A DNA stretch of 64,000 bases, from positions 1-64,000 of the forward strand of contig KZ538249.1 in the NCBI GenBank assembly GCA_000934665.2. The letters are read 5' to 3'. Below, piece after piece: positions 25,221 to 38,430 of this stretch (the first letter of the stretch is position 1; every line of letters begins with the position of its first letter). This stretch comes from Catajapyx aquilonaris. Its lineage: Eukaryota. Under the pieces are notes generated by a model that did no database searches, was not told the origin of the DNA, and was given only the letters and a program-made list of their open reading frames with translations. A program made the translations under genes and the position numbers.

Positions 25221-27455
25221 TTATACCATTACAGTAATTTGCTCTCGGGTTCGTTCTATTTTGATTGGCAGCAGACTGACCATCTCTTGGCAAACCTCCA
25301 ACTCGGGGCTCATAATTTTTGCAGCTTCTGCATGTTTTTCGCAATAATCCACAATTTTCTGTAAATAAAAAAGGTACACACATTACACATCCCGTACCCC
25401 TGTTGTTACAGGTTGCAGTCACCATCCATTTGTTACCTTGTAACTTTCGTAGCTTTTTGTCATGTGGTCTAATTTTTCATTCGGCTCTGGATTGATGATC
25501 TTTCCATGCAGCCTGCCCACATGAAAATAGGCCACCAACGCAGGTCTTAGAGTGTCATCTGAGAATGTCTCTGGCAAGTTGTTGGTACTGTGGAAGATGA
25601 TAAAATGGCATGTTAAGGTTTGTGTGAGCTAAATTATGATTCGTGGGCTGCACCTTGTCTCCCGAAGCGAATTGATGAAGGCCTCGAACTGCTCGAGGCT
25701 CTGCAACGCCAGGCGATTTATCTTCTGCAGGACGTGAGGAGTTGTCTGGTTTTCTGGGTCCTCCCTTAGCCGCTGCAATTTCAGATCCATCATGTCTGAA
25801 AGGATCTCACCAAGCTCAAACCACAGCTGGCGGCATATCAGCAAGTAGTACGTTGGATTCAGTTCTTTCACCACAGGCTCCAGGAGATCCACACGTCGCT
25901 TGTGCATCCTGCACTGCCTATGGTATGCAAATTGTGAATGTAAATGCACTGAAGCTTCATGCCAATATGACAGACAATGGCACAATGCCTAACCTCTCGT
26001 CACTGTTCTCAAAGAAGGCAAGGTGCTTGTAGGCTTGACTAAGATCCTGGACTATCTGCACATGATCTGAAGCATGGTCTTCCATGGAGTAATACTCCTG
26101 TGCCTCCTTCAGATAACGTTGCGTTTCCAAGAAGACCAGCCGGGCATCATCGTAGTCCCGCAGGGGTTTGTACGTCATTTGGTCCTCATACGACGACAGC
26201 TCTAAGGAGGGAAAGCACATCTGGTCCTCCTCTGCCTCCTGTTCACTGCTTGCTTTCTTCTCCTGTTCTTTTTCATCTCCCTTACATTCCTCCTCATTAG
26301 GATCCTCTTCCTCAGCCATCTTCAATAACCGTTCTTTGGAATAGGACAGAAGAAGAAGGCCAAACTTACTCCAACATCGGCAGACGTCAGCTCTTCTGTG
26401 GCGGTAAGCTTCACATCTGAATGGAATATTATCTCCGTCAGTGAAATCCAATATTTCTGCTTTGCATATACTGACCTGGCTTGCTTTTCCTCATCCTCTC
26501 GACTTTGTTCCTGTGCCTGACCCTCCTCAGGCCAACCCTTGTTCAAGTCAGCCCCTAATTCCGCTGCGTACCGATCCAGCACACAAATGGCTGCAGACAA
26601 GTGATGCCTCGCAGGTTTAAATGCATCTCGGGACAGAAAACACTGGGACAAGGTGGCCGCATTGAGGGCCCACTCCACCGGATCTAATTCACCACTCTCC
26701 AGCTGTCGACGCAGTGTGCGGTGGCAGTAACGCACTGACAAATGGTTGTTCCCGAGGTTACCGTGTACCTGCGCCAGGTAATACAAGCTGTGGGTGAAAG
26801 CAGCCTCCAGCTTGGCCAAGTTGCCCACAGACGCACCCCACGGCTCCAACTCTGGACGGAACAGCTCTGCCATATCATAAGGCGGCTCACACACCTCACT
26901 GGTGTAGGTCTCATACAGGCGTTCCGCATTCTCCAGATATTCCTGGAGATGGACAGGTTTTAATTTCATACCGTACGTGCTCCACAATGTGCATACCTGT
27001 GCCTGCTGCGGATCATTCCTCTGTGCCCACAGCACTCCCAACTGGTTCAGCGCGGCCATAGCAGGCAGGACAGACATGGGTGCGGCCATAGCGGCAACGG
27101 ACGATCCTTCTTCCCCTGGATTAAGCGCAGCCAAGCATTGAGTGAGCATCTCCTGTCCAGTGGCCAGCTCCTCGGTGTCCATCCCGATGATTCCCGTCTG
27201 ATAGAGCACCACAGCATGCATGCACCTCAGCCTCTCCGCATCCAGCACAATCACGCTCCCGTCGTCCCTTCCCTCGTCCATTCTCTTAGCCAGCTCCTTC
27301 TTCATGGATTCCAGCACCTCCCTGGCCTTGTACTTTGACCTGTACGGCTCCGTCTCCGGATCCAGCTTGCTCTCCTCCTCCATCAACTTCCGCACCTGCT
27401 CCAGGTCGTGCTGGAGGTCACGCACCCACTCTACGTCCTTGTCTCTTCCTTCCAT
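25221..27455 (-). CDS. KIFBP: KIF-binding protein (KBP/KIAA1279 family); exons 27455-26997, 26942-26476, 26416-25994, 25917-25654, 25587-25437, 25358-25221
   Basis: Motifs DPETEPYRSKYKAREVL, THSLYYLAQV, YCHRTLRRQL, EWALNAATLSQ, QCRMHKRRVDLLE, RPALVAYFHVGRL and ELEVCQEMVSLLP. Exons join in frame across GT-AG introns. Confidence 0.92.
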
Positions 27456-27842
27456 TACTGCTCTGAAAGCAATGGGCATGCTAAAATCACCTAGTATGTA
27501 CCCAATTTTGGTCATTACACCTCACAATTTACTCACCTAGTTTAATTGTTTGACCTTTATATTTTTTGTAATTGGTCTTTCTGTACCTTGCTAAGCTTAC
27601 CTGAGTTTTTTTGCACCTTCCTGTAGCTATTGGTTTGGGAAGGAAATCAACCAACTCTTGAATTTGCTGAAAATAAGTCACTTTCTGCAAATACTATCGA
27701 TCGACCGTACTATTGACATCTACAAATAACGATCCAAATGTCGATACTATTCTGAAACGCGCCAAATTCAAGCTTTCTTATTAATTTATTAATTATTTCT
27801 AAGTACAATTTGTCTGAGCATTTTGTTGGAATGAGTAGATTT

Positions 27843-30800
27843 TCATGGCTTGGGCAGCCTGTATGTTCCTCCTGAGAAGAGGAGCTTCTGTTCCTGCACT
27901 TTTCTGTCCAGGAAAAGTCGCAGCTCTTGCAACGACCAGTCCCCGCCTGTTGGTCCCTGCAGTGCGAACATTCGGAGCATCTGGTGGATCCTTTCAAGGG
28001 GAAGTGTTTCTAGATTGGTCAGCATGCCCACTATGTATGACCAGAACACTTGGAGCTCCTCTTCACGTTGGTCCTGTGCGGACGCAAGAGCACTTTCCTC
28101 TTCGTCTTCCTCGGCGGCTGAGAGATCTAGGATTGGGCCTTCTGCACCACTGGTTCCCGCCCCGTATCCACCCTTGCCGCTGCCTCCCCCTCGGAGTGGA
28201 CCTTCCTCGCTGACCACAAATACATCTGTGGACACCTCCCGCAGCAGGCCCTGTGACTGCCAGAAGCCCATTCGGCGACGAAGGAGAGATGATGGCACTT
28301 TCATCACTTGACTCAGCTCTTCAACACTCCACTGGTCTGATAAAGGCAAGGATAAATAATTTGCAAGATGGCACTTGGAATTATAGACTCACCTTTTTCC
28401 TGGAAGTGCCAGATAATAGTAGCATGAACTGGCGACACAGTGAATGTGATTGTGCGTCCCTTTACTTCTACGTCAAGAGTCACAGAGCCCAAGTGCGGTT
28501 TCCAACTTAGAGTGCGGCTTGCCTATGGAAATTCATTTTGAATAAAATCAGGCAGCAACACTTAGGTATATTCCAATATTTTTGAAGTTCAGCTTGATGT
28601 CACCGTTGTTCTTGTAATCCGACAACAAGGTGGCATCAATCAGAACTGATCACACTGCTGTTAAAAGAAAAATTCTTAATTATTTTTAAGGTAAAGCACC
28701 TTGAGAGTCTCAAATGCCTTGGTGTATGCCTGAAGCTGACTTGAAATCTGAGGGGGCAACTCCAATATCTCTTCCCGTAGAGTAGGCCAAAACTGTGCTG
28801 ACACAATCATGGCACTGACATTAAGCGGCGGTGACCCATCTGCTGCCTCTTGAGTTCCTGTTACTAATGTCGGGTCTGACTCGAGTCTGGAATTAATCCT
28901 CTTTGAGTCATACATGTCCTTCAGCATGACTTCACAATCATGCAGCAGAGCTTCTCCAAAACGAAGCTTCAGCAGTTCCAGGTAACGAATTTCCCTCTCC
29001 ATACAGTCGAAATGATGGGCAAGAAGACGTTCTGCCAGTAGAGATTGGTACTCCTTGGCAAACACCTCTGTACTGCCGTATATAGACACCAGGAGTGATA
29101 TGATGTCTGCTGAACGGTGTGTCGAACGACCACCTTTGACACCGCCTCGTGGGTCAGCGTCCATGGGGTCGGGAAGCCATGTAGCCCATTCCATGCTCGT
29201 TGTTTCTTCTTCATCATCTTCTTCCATAGCAGGGCCTCCAGTGCCAGACTCATCCATCATCCTGCATGTTAAAAAATTAATTCATGAAATAATAATTACT
29301 ATATTTAAGTGTGTAGGCTTCACGAGTAATACGTACACTGAATCGACAGTCCTGACGCCTCCTCTTCCTCCACCCCCTTTAGCAAGCTCCTGCGCAAGTT
29401 CACTCTCTTCCAACAAGCTTGACAAAATGCATCTAACAGTGTCACGTCGGGAACGAAGGTAGCGTCTGACTGGAAGGCACACTAGTTGTAGGAGGACCCC
29501 TTGAGGATCAAGCTGCCTCAGGGTATGAATTGCTGCAATGTAGGCAGTCAAAATATCACTGGTATTCACTCCTGGATGGAGGAGGCGGGACTGAAGCGCG
29601 TTTCTAAGACTGGTCACCAAATGAGGGCGGAGGCCAGGTGGGGAGCGTGGAAGGCATTGCCTGAGGTCCTCTACTGCCGCTTGAGATTCAGGATAGTCTG
29701 TCACGAGTAAACAAATAATATGATTATAATTAATCAAGGAATTGGTTCAATTTATGCAAAGCAATGACTTGCCTACGATGATGCTAAAAAGCTGGTCGAT
29801 CCGTGTGTGAGCGAGCGTTTCATAAAAATAAAGCAGAAGTTGAGAATGGAACGAGGAGCGAGATTCAAGGACCTTGTCAGGGCCGTATATTACTTTCAGC
29901 CAGCCAACCACTGCCACTTGCAACCACTGAAAAATTTAAACCATTCCAAAAATTAAATCGTTGTACATACTCTTTGCATGTTAAAGAAAATTACAACATC
30001 TGTTGGTCATAATGTAAAGCAAATGTTCGTAAACTGTTGTCAGATAACTGCAATTTAGGTGTTGTTTTTTAAACGTACCTCTTCTAACACCTCCAATTGT
30101 GCTTGAAAATTAGCTTGGCATGACCTCTGCACATGACCTTTAATTTGCTCCTGAATGAGCTCCAGCAGTGCTCCTCCTGCAAGCGGATCTAGGAGTCCAA
30201 GAAACGTCAGCTGCTTGTTGACATCATGGAAGGAGGATATCACCTCATCGCATCTGCACCGCACCTGCTCACATCCACGGCAAGTGTCTGCATCATCCTT
30301 ATCGGTGCCCTCACTCTCAGCCCGATACGAAAACACCCGAAACGACCTCTCATAAAACGCAATCACCCCAACATGAAACTCAGCCGGTATCTGAGCATGA
30401 AGCATGGGCCGCAAATTGCAAAGGAATGTGTCCACCTCTCCCTTCTTGCCTTCAACCTTTCCTTTCAGATGTTCCATAGCCTATGGAATATGATAGGTAC
30501 ATTAAAAATAAAGTATGTAATTTTTCCGTCGATCTCACCTGAAGCATTGGTGTGAGCGACACAATTGTATGATGCAATTCTCCCACCGCAGTCTTGAACA
30601 TATCGCACAGCCCATCCTGGCTCTCCTCCTTCGCCTCGAAGTGCTTCCAAAAGGACGGCACCACCGCCTGCCTTGCCAGCCGTTCCAGAGTCACTTCCAC
30701 CATTCCGACCGTCCCCGTGGTTATGTCCAAATCCTTCAGCACTGCTTCTACATACTCCAAATCGTCAGGAGCTGCACATACTGCTTCTTTATCCCATGGA

Positions 30801-30986
30801 AGCTAACAATGTTCGAAAAACATCACATTTTTTGGGGGGGGGAAAGAACTGAGTTATGAGACGCCACAATTTTATGCAAATGCATCTGAAGCTACTTACC
30901 GGTTTGGACTTATCAAGTACAGGGAATACAACGCATATTTTATCCCACATTAGAGTCGCCTCTTCATCAGTCAACAAATCCGCCAT
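27843..30986 (-). CDS. ANAPC2: Anaphase-promoting complex subunit 2 (cullin-homology), multi-exon
   Basis: Motifs DYPESQAAVEDL, RLLHPGVNTSDILTAYI, RYLRSRRDTVRCI, DIISLLVSIYGS..F.KEYQSLLAERLL, YLELLKLRFGE, RTLSWKPHLGSV and FWSYIVGMLTNLETLPLERIHQML. Confidence 0.95.
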
Positions 30987-31284
30987 TTTTTAACTCAATC
31001 CCTATTGAAGCCGACGCCATCTTGTGCCACAGCAGCTCTAATTCTAGTGTTCCAACATGGCCTCCATGCGCATGATCACGTGACATTAAATCCGACTGTT
31101 CATTGGCGGAACATCCTGGCGCGTTTTTAGCTACCAAACTGGTCGGTCGCACTTTTTTTTAAAGGTTTGATGCTTAAAAAACGCGTCAGAGATCCACGCC
31201 CTTTCCCAATGGAAACCTTCTGTTGAGCTCATCCTAAAAAGTCTTCAAGGGGAAAAAAAAACTAGCTGCAAAAAGGTTCACAAA

Positions 31285-32753
31285 CATGGTTAGTACGATC
31301 TGCTGTCATAATACGATGGAGCTGAACACAGAGTTGGACAGGTTGATTGTATGGGTAAAAAGTGAGAAGTGGGAAAGCACCTGATTGCATTGTCTGATTG
31401 TCCATTTTCTGTGTCTTCCAGTCGCACAACATGAAGGTGTGTGAGATTGATCCGGAGCTGCAGGAGGAGATCAAGAAGTTTCGCTTCAGGAAGAACCTGG
31501 CCAATGCAGCCATGATCAGTACGGGGGTCATTGATTCTAATGATGATTAATTCGTTACAAATAGATGTAGTAACACCTGTCTGGAATTGACTGCAGCAGA
31601 AGTTTTGTTCATTTGGATTTTTTTTTTTAAGAAGTGCGATCATTATTAATTACAGTGAAGTCCGGATGTAACAGACTTCAAGGGGCTGCGGAAATCAGTT
31701 TGTTATAACTCAGATCTGTTATCGGCAAATACATAAGCCACTAGCCATTCAAGTCTACTATAACCAAGAGGCTGTTATATCACGAGTCAACTGTAAAAAT
31801 CACGAGTAATGCTAGTTTTTCATGTAAAATGGATTATAATTATGAAAAAGGTAATTTTCACGCACAGGTCATATCACATCAGGTGATTATGAAACATAAA
31901 TTCACATTAGCCTACATATTTTATAGAATTGTGTGGTGTACTTTCACTTGTAGAATCACCTTATTCGCTGAATGTGACAAAAAGGAGCAAGGTCACAACT
32001 GATTCCTGCATTTGCAGGTGTAGGAAAATTATGGATTTTACAGCGAAAGGCCCTGATTATAGATAGTTGCTCTGGTTATAGCAGCAGTATGGATGCAAGT
32101 TTCATGATAACGAATCGCAAAGATAAAAAATTCCAACTTATTTTTGTTGTATGATTCTTGCCGAACTTTTGCTGTTTTATTGGAGAATCCGTACATAATG
32201 GCGCTACATTTGGCCTGATCAGCTGAATCTAATTAAAGTTACAACCACATTTACAAGAATGAGTGCAACTCTCTGAAATGAAACTGTGTGATATTGCATG
32301 CATTAATTATAACCATACTTCATACTTGTGCATGTTCTCGGCAGACCTGTTTTACAATGCTACTTGTTTCAGTGAAAGTGGATCGAGACCGCCATGTGGT
32401 TTGCTTGGATGAACTGCTGGAGGAAGTGACAGTGGATGAGTTGCGAGATGTTCTTCCAGAGCGTCAGCCTCGCTATGTCATCTACAGCTACAAGCTGCAG
32501 CATGACGACGGCAGGGTTTCATACCCAATGTGCTTCATTTTTGTAACTCCACAAGGTAAGTCTGTTTCGTCCTCCTGACGTAGCATACTAACTCAAAAGG
32601 TTTTTCGTTTCAGACAGCAAGCCTGAACTGCAAATGATGTATGCTGGGACCAAGCTGGCCCTTCAAAAGGAGGCCGAACTCACCAAAGGTTTTGAGATTC
32701 GAGAGCTGGAAGAATTAAGCGAGGAATGGCTGCTGTCCAAGCTCAGCAAGTGA
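31285..32753 (+). CDS. GMF: Glia maturation factor (ADF-H family); exons 31285-31287, 31422-31518, 32373-32555, 32614-32753
   Basis: Spliced product [39 protein letters not shown]...[48 protein letters not shown]...[14 protein letters not shown]. Confidence 0.93.
31653..31793. mobile_element. pogo-type MITE (family C) in GMF intron
   Basis: ta|cagtgaagtccggatgtaacag...ctgttatatcacgagtcaactg|ta, similar to 23967-24126. Confidence 0.5.
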
Positions 32754-34805
32754 AAAAGCGCCAAGTTGTTTTTCCCTTTTAAAAAAATCAGGTCCATTAT
32801 CTCTCTAGGGCAAGATAGAAACTTGAGCTGCCGGAGTTTTAGGGGGTTTCAGGATGCAAAACAGGGAATTTATTATAGTATTTTTGCTACCCATTTATGT
32901 GAGGGGGATCTGGTTACAAAGATTACATTCCCCATTCCCCTTTTTTGTATACATAGCTGGCATTGATTGCCAAAACTCGCTTACCATATATAGTTTCTGA
33001 GGCTTCGTTTTATGACAGAAAAAAAAAAAAGAGGAAGTAGCTGAGCATCTTTGTCGTGCCATTCTCAACGCAAGGTACAACTTTTTCTGGAAATTTTGTG
33101 TTCATGTTCTGCAAAGCGTATATTTTCTTGTGGTTTTGACACACTAAAAACAAAATAGGGTGCTTGACGTTTCAAGTGTATGATGTACAAGTAAATTGAT
33201 AGTCATTAAAATTATAGAGGCATTGAAGGTTACACAGTATTAAGACTCAAGCACATGTGAAATACAGCGGTCTGACAAGTACTATGCTACTGAATCTAGG
33301 GAATATCTGCACAACTACTGTGATATGTTGCATGTGTTTCAGCCTTCTGGCAGTCCAGTATTAGATACAGTTGCCTTTGGGTTGGTTTGTTTTAAACAGG
33401 GTGGAAATAAGTCTTTTAAAAATTTTGTTGACTAACAAATGGTTGAAGAAATACATTAGTAACTGGAGTTCTTGCTCAAATGTTCAATGGAACTAATAAT
33501 GACTTCTGTGACTTCAAAATGTCATAGTACAATGCAGTGTTCGTGATGTTTCCTTTTGGACATTGCATAATAGCATAATTATTACAAGGTTTTCTCTGCA
33601 TCCATGGCATTGCACTATTTGATAGGTTCATAACGAGAGAGTGAATGACTCAGTACGGCTTATTTCCACCTGATACTGCACACAATGTGAGCAGTGAGGC
33701 ATAATGGTAACAATACTGTTGATATTATTGACATAAAGAAGGAACCAAGAGCGATAACTTACAGTGCGTGAAATTGACATGATGGGTTGCATTTTACTGA
33801 AGATTGCGATGTCGGAACACCAGCAAGAATTTTTAATTCTCCAAGTCATCCGTCATGTCAGTTTAATGCCAACCTGGGAGTAGTTGTCTCTGGTTGCTAC
33901 CGTGTTAGTAAGAATAAGGGATTTTATAGCAAGCAGGTGCTCTCTGGCCAGTTAGATGTGACCAAACAATGCAAACAAGTGACAAATAGCTTTCAGCAGG
34001 TGAAATTCCTTGCAGAATAAGGAAGACGAGTTCTAGTTAGTGTTGATGAAGTAACAGTAATTCAAAATCGAAATTTTGATGATCATGTCAACCGGTTGAT
34101 TTCTGTCCAATTGCAATTATTTCAGGGGTCCAATTATGTTCCTAGGAAACACATTTTGTTTCCATTAATGGACAGTGTGTGGAACGTTTCTTTTGGATTT
34201 CGTATGCAATGTGAATAATTGCGTCTGTTTTTATGGCGTAAGATCTTTATACTCATTGTAATTCAAGCTGGAACGATTTTTGTTAGATGCATGACTTAAT
34301 AAAACAAAATACTTATTACTATTATGATTTTTAATGTCTACATTCTACTGGATTTGCTGGTTGATAGGCCATTGGAGTTTGTAACTTTCCAAAATGATTT
34401 GTACTGGAAAAAGAATAAGGTTCTATATAATTGGATCCAGTCACACTACAAACAACATTAGCACAGAAATAAGGACATCCCATCTTGCAGCTGTCATATC
34501 CTTGACTTCCACACTGCATCGGTACAGCCATGGCAGAGGCATAGCTGGGAACACGTTCAGTGATCGATGTTTGCGCCTTGGCAACATATTGACAATAAAA
34601 GTATCAAAACACAACACAAGAATACCACATTGATAAACTGTTCACAACACGACACCATTGGATTAGGTTGGATTTTTATAACAAAAATCCACCGCACTAT
34701 CTGTGCAAAAAAATAAGAAGTACGTAAGTGTTATGATGGCATATTTTTTAAACTTGAAAACAGCGATTTTTGTATTGCAGCAAAACAGTCTCAGCCTTGG
34801 AAACT

Positions 34806-35882
34806 TCACTCCGTGTTGGAGATCAAGACGTAGATCATTCTGGAATAAACGAAACGAATCAGTTGATCTACAATTATTTCTCGCGTTCAAAAAAATGCTG
34901 GCGACTAATTAGATCCTACATTGGCTTCAAGTGGCCTAACTTATCTAGCAGATGACTTATGTAATCTGTCTGAATCATATTGATTATGCATACATGTCAA
35001 GTAGGCACATGCCAGCGTGGCTTCATATAATATCAAAAACATATAACTTACCCATAAAGGTAATAGAAAAATGAGAGTATGTAAAAGGCGAGCTTGATCC
35101 ATCCTTCTCTCTGGCAGCGGTTGAGTATGTCCGCATTCATAATACACGTCGGATCATACAGGCCAGGAGAGCTCATCACCGGCCTCGTCCGGTACCTGCA
35201 TGGAAAATTTATATGCTGTGTCATTATTAAATGCAGGCGAAGAGTGTCAGTACTTTCAAATGGCGCTTCCTGCTTTTACATGTACGTACTTTAGCTCATA
35301 AGCCATCCCAGACTCGTAAGGGAGTACCAACTTCTTATCAAGGCGTACACTAGCTACATTACAAGCTACTTCTCACAGCCAGTACTACACACCCATTACT
35401 CTTCAGTTTTGTTAATTTTATTTATTTATTTTATTTATTTAAGTACCCTTCAGTTGCAACCTCCTCGCCTTGAACCACCTTACCTGTTAATATGATACCC
35501 AACTAACGGCAAGTTGAGACAGAGCGAGAACCACTCCCCGGACGCCAGAAACAGTAAGTTGAAGAATATGTGCAGCGCATACTCGGGAAGCACCAACTGC
35601 AAATGAAAATAATCCATGTAACGCACATACGTTACAATACCAAAGCGACCTTACCGGGTTGAGACTATTGCACTGGTCTATCGGATTCTTATAGTCGGTC
35701 TTCAGCTCATCAAACGCTATAATCTGCAATGGTCCAGTACAACGTTAGTTACATTGCAATGTATGACTTTTTATGACCCCCCCCAACAGGGTATGACTCA
35801 CGTGGAAGATGGCGAAGAAGATGAGGAAAGCGTCTATGATCAGGGCGCAGATGTATGCGAATGCTGCGAAGGTGAAGGACAT
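34806..35882 (-). CDS. cni: Cornichon; exons 35882-35802, 35723-35655, 35596-35484, 35195-35052, 34839-34806
   Basis: Spliced product [56 protein letters not shown]...[58 protein letters not shown]. Confidence 0.96.
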
Positions 35883-36240
35883 CGCTGCGTGCGGGACACT
35901 ACGGGACAAAAGATACGGGAGCGGGACTGTCCGGCGAAGAAGAAAAGACAACTGGACACTAGACGATTAGAAGTAGTCCGCCGGCTACTATCGTCACTCA
36001 CATATTTAAACTGGTTCAATTTAAACCGATTTAAACATGGTAGTGGTTGCATGCCCAAGAAAGTGTTAATTAATTAGTTATTAAACTAGTTTAAGTCACG
36101 TGCCATTAACTACAAATGATATCAATAGGCGTCGATAGTAACGATCATTTGACTTTGTTCCTGTTTGTTCCTGACTTCCTGTTTGGTTTACAACTTTACT
36201 TTCCTGCAAAGGAGGTCTGAACAGTTCTGAACAGTCGGCA

Positions 36241-36559
36241 ATGTCGGACAGCAAGGATAAGGATAAGTCAGGCAAGGCCAGCCCTAAAGAGAAGAAGAAG
36301 CAGACGGGCCAGGTGGACATGGGCCACTTCGAGGAGGACGATGAGTTTGAGGAGTTTCCCGTTGAAGGTGCGGTGTGCTTTCCATTGTGTGTAAAAAGGA
36401 CTGGTTTTTTAGTGGGTGTTTCTTGCAGATTGGACGAGGGATGAGGAGAGCAAAGGGGAGAGCCACATGTGGGAGGACAACTGGGATGACGACAAGGTGG
36501 AGAGCCCCTTCAATGCGCAGCTGAGGGCGTCCCTGCAGAAGTTCAAGACTGGGAACTAA
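36241..36559 (+). CDS. SEM1: SEM1/DSS1 26S proteasome lid subunit; exons 36241-36367, 36429-36559
   Basis: ..DMGHFEEDDEFEEFPVE|DWTRDEESKGESHMWEDNWDDDKVESPFNAQLRASL.. contains both acidic DSS1 motifs. Confidence 0.93.
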
Positions 36560-37142
36560 CGGCGGCGAGGATTAGTAATCAACAGCTGCCAGTTCAACCG
36601 ACATGGACAGGATGTGGAAATTTTTTCTGTATAAAAACCCATCAACTTAAAAGTAAACTGATCTCATTGATGTGCGTGCAAAGCTTTTTCCAAGTGTGGA
36701 GGTTTCAGTTTGCAACTGGCTTACAATATTGTACGAGTTTTTTGAAAATAAAGGAAGTAAAACTGTGCTTCTGTGATTGTCTTCACTATTCAAGGCATCT
36801 GCAAATATTTTTATTGTGTTACTTACAAATGTCATGTGTCACATATGTGCAAACATTACTGTCGCTTATGTCCTCAAGTCTTGTAGGACTTGCCTTGAGG
36901 GAAAGGGAGAGTAGAAAGGAAGAGAGGGTGAACATTAACATCTTCTGTACGATCATATCCGAGTCATATGTATAACTACATAAATTTATTGCTCCTGTAA
37001 CATTATCAGGTATATACATGTTCCATATGTTCCAATATCACATACAATGGACGTGTAAAATAAAGTAAGCTGAAATAAGTACCATTTAAGTAAAAAAAAG
37101 CAGGGAAGCATTATTTTGTTGATATACAGTAACAGCCCAGAA

Positions 37143-37237
37143 TCTGACATTTCGAGAACATGTTAAAACATCCAAGTACCCCCAGGGCCTGACCCTTTAT
37201 GGGGAACTCATCATACTCACCCTCTTGACATGTCAGA
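37143..37237 (-). promoter_or_regulatory. SECIS element (form 2) in the 3' UTR of SelL copy 1
   Basis: Sense RNA reads AUGA-UGAGUUCCCCAU-AAA-GGGUCAGGCCCU-GGGGGUACUUG-GAUG. It has the AUGA/GA quartet, helix II, unpaired AAA, an apical mini-stem and an outer helix UCUGACAU/AUGUCAGA, and lies ~50 nt after the TAA. Confidence 0.9.
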
Positions 37238-37263
37238 TACCAAGCGTTACATTAGAACCAACG

Positions 37264-38430
37264 TTACTGGAGGGCTTGCATTATCTCATCCAGATTTGGC
37301 CTGTCGGTAGGATTTTGATTCAGGTGACACATGAGGAGTTTTCCCTCAGCATCTGCAATGATGTCTCCACCCATTTGCAGCAAATCATCAGGAATGTCAT
37401 TGTCGTGAACCAGTGGTTTCAAACCTGATGCCAGGATCTCGGTGTAACTTATAAGGCCTTCGAATCTTGCTGTCTGAATGCCAAGAAATTAATATTTAAT
37501 TGAAAGGAGAGGGTATTGAGTTCATAATCCCATGAGTTCAAACCTAACTAATGGATAGGATAAAAAGGGATTATAGCACAAAATTGAACTTCTCAATACC
37601 TACCAGATAAACAGATCTCGGTGCTCCAACAGAATTGTAGAGCATCATTGTTGGGTCCACATACACATCAAACTCGCACTTTGTGTCGGACACCCATTTT
37701 AAAGCCTCACCTTGATCCGAAAACGAAATTATTAGCACGGAGCAGCCAGCTTTTTTCAGTTCATCCTGGAATTGCACAAATATTGTAATTGTCGGTGTGA
37801 ATCATATTAGTAACACCGTACCTGATGTTGCTGCAGCATGCTCACATGCTGTCGTCACGGCAATCAGCTAAGGTGACGCAAAAGCACGAAGAGGCAAGTC
37901 CTGTCGTTGAGCACTTCCAGCAAAGTCTGTACTTCACCAGTGGTTAATTTCGTCAGCTTGATGTCTGCAGGCAGCTTTCCGCCTTTTCCAACGGGTGCAT
38001 TTGGAGCCACATTTCGGCTCATGTTCACATCCAACTCTTTCTTCAGATAATTATCCCAAGCATACTGTGGAAAGATAGGTAAACTCATGTCCTGTTTTTT
38101 AAGTGAAGCCCATACTCACTTGTGCTTCATACAGTTCATCAATTGCATCCTTGACTTCCTTTGATGGATCTTGCTCAACCGACACACGAACCGCATCGTT
38201 CAGAGTGGCCACTCCAAGGCTACAGAAAAGGCTGCGTTACGACCAAGCCCACTACAATATATGATTGTGGCCTACCTCTTAAAAAGTGTAAGATAGAGTT
38301 TGACAAAAATGGGCAGAATCTTCCCACCCTCAAAGAGCTTCTCTGGGTCACCCTGGCAGTGCTCCCTTGCCTTCACTATCAAATCAAGGAGGGTCTCCGT
38401 CGCAGTCTGGAATGCCTCAGCACCTCCCAT
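37264..38430 (-). CDS. SELENOL: Selenoprotein L (thioredoxin/AhpC-TSA-like fold, UxxU), copy 1; exons 38430-38276, 38219-38120, 38064-37822, 37765-37604, 37473-37264; 289 aa, Sec at residues 152 and 155
   Basis: Reads CLFVLLRHLS-TGA-L-P-TGA-RQHVSMLQQHQ (TGA at 37866-37864 and 37857-37855). The frame continues through GT-AG introns to QMGGDIIADAEGKLLMCHLNQNPTDRP. A SECIS lies downstream. Confidence 0.9.

Noticed and set aside
31540..31600. Possible C/D box snoRNA in the GMF intron (ATGATGA)
   Set aside because: I found no properly placed CTGA D box or terminal stem.
37855..37866. Premature stop codons suggesting that the thioredoxin-like duplicates are pseudogenes
   Set aside because: Both stops are TGA, sit at the CxxC-equivalent positions, are shared by both copies, and are followed by intact frames and SECIS elements.
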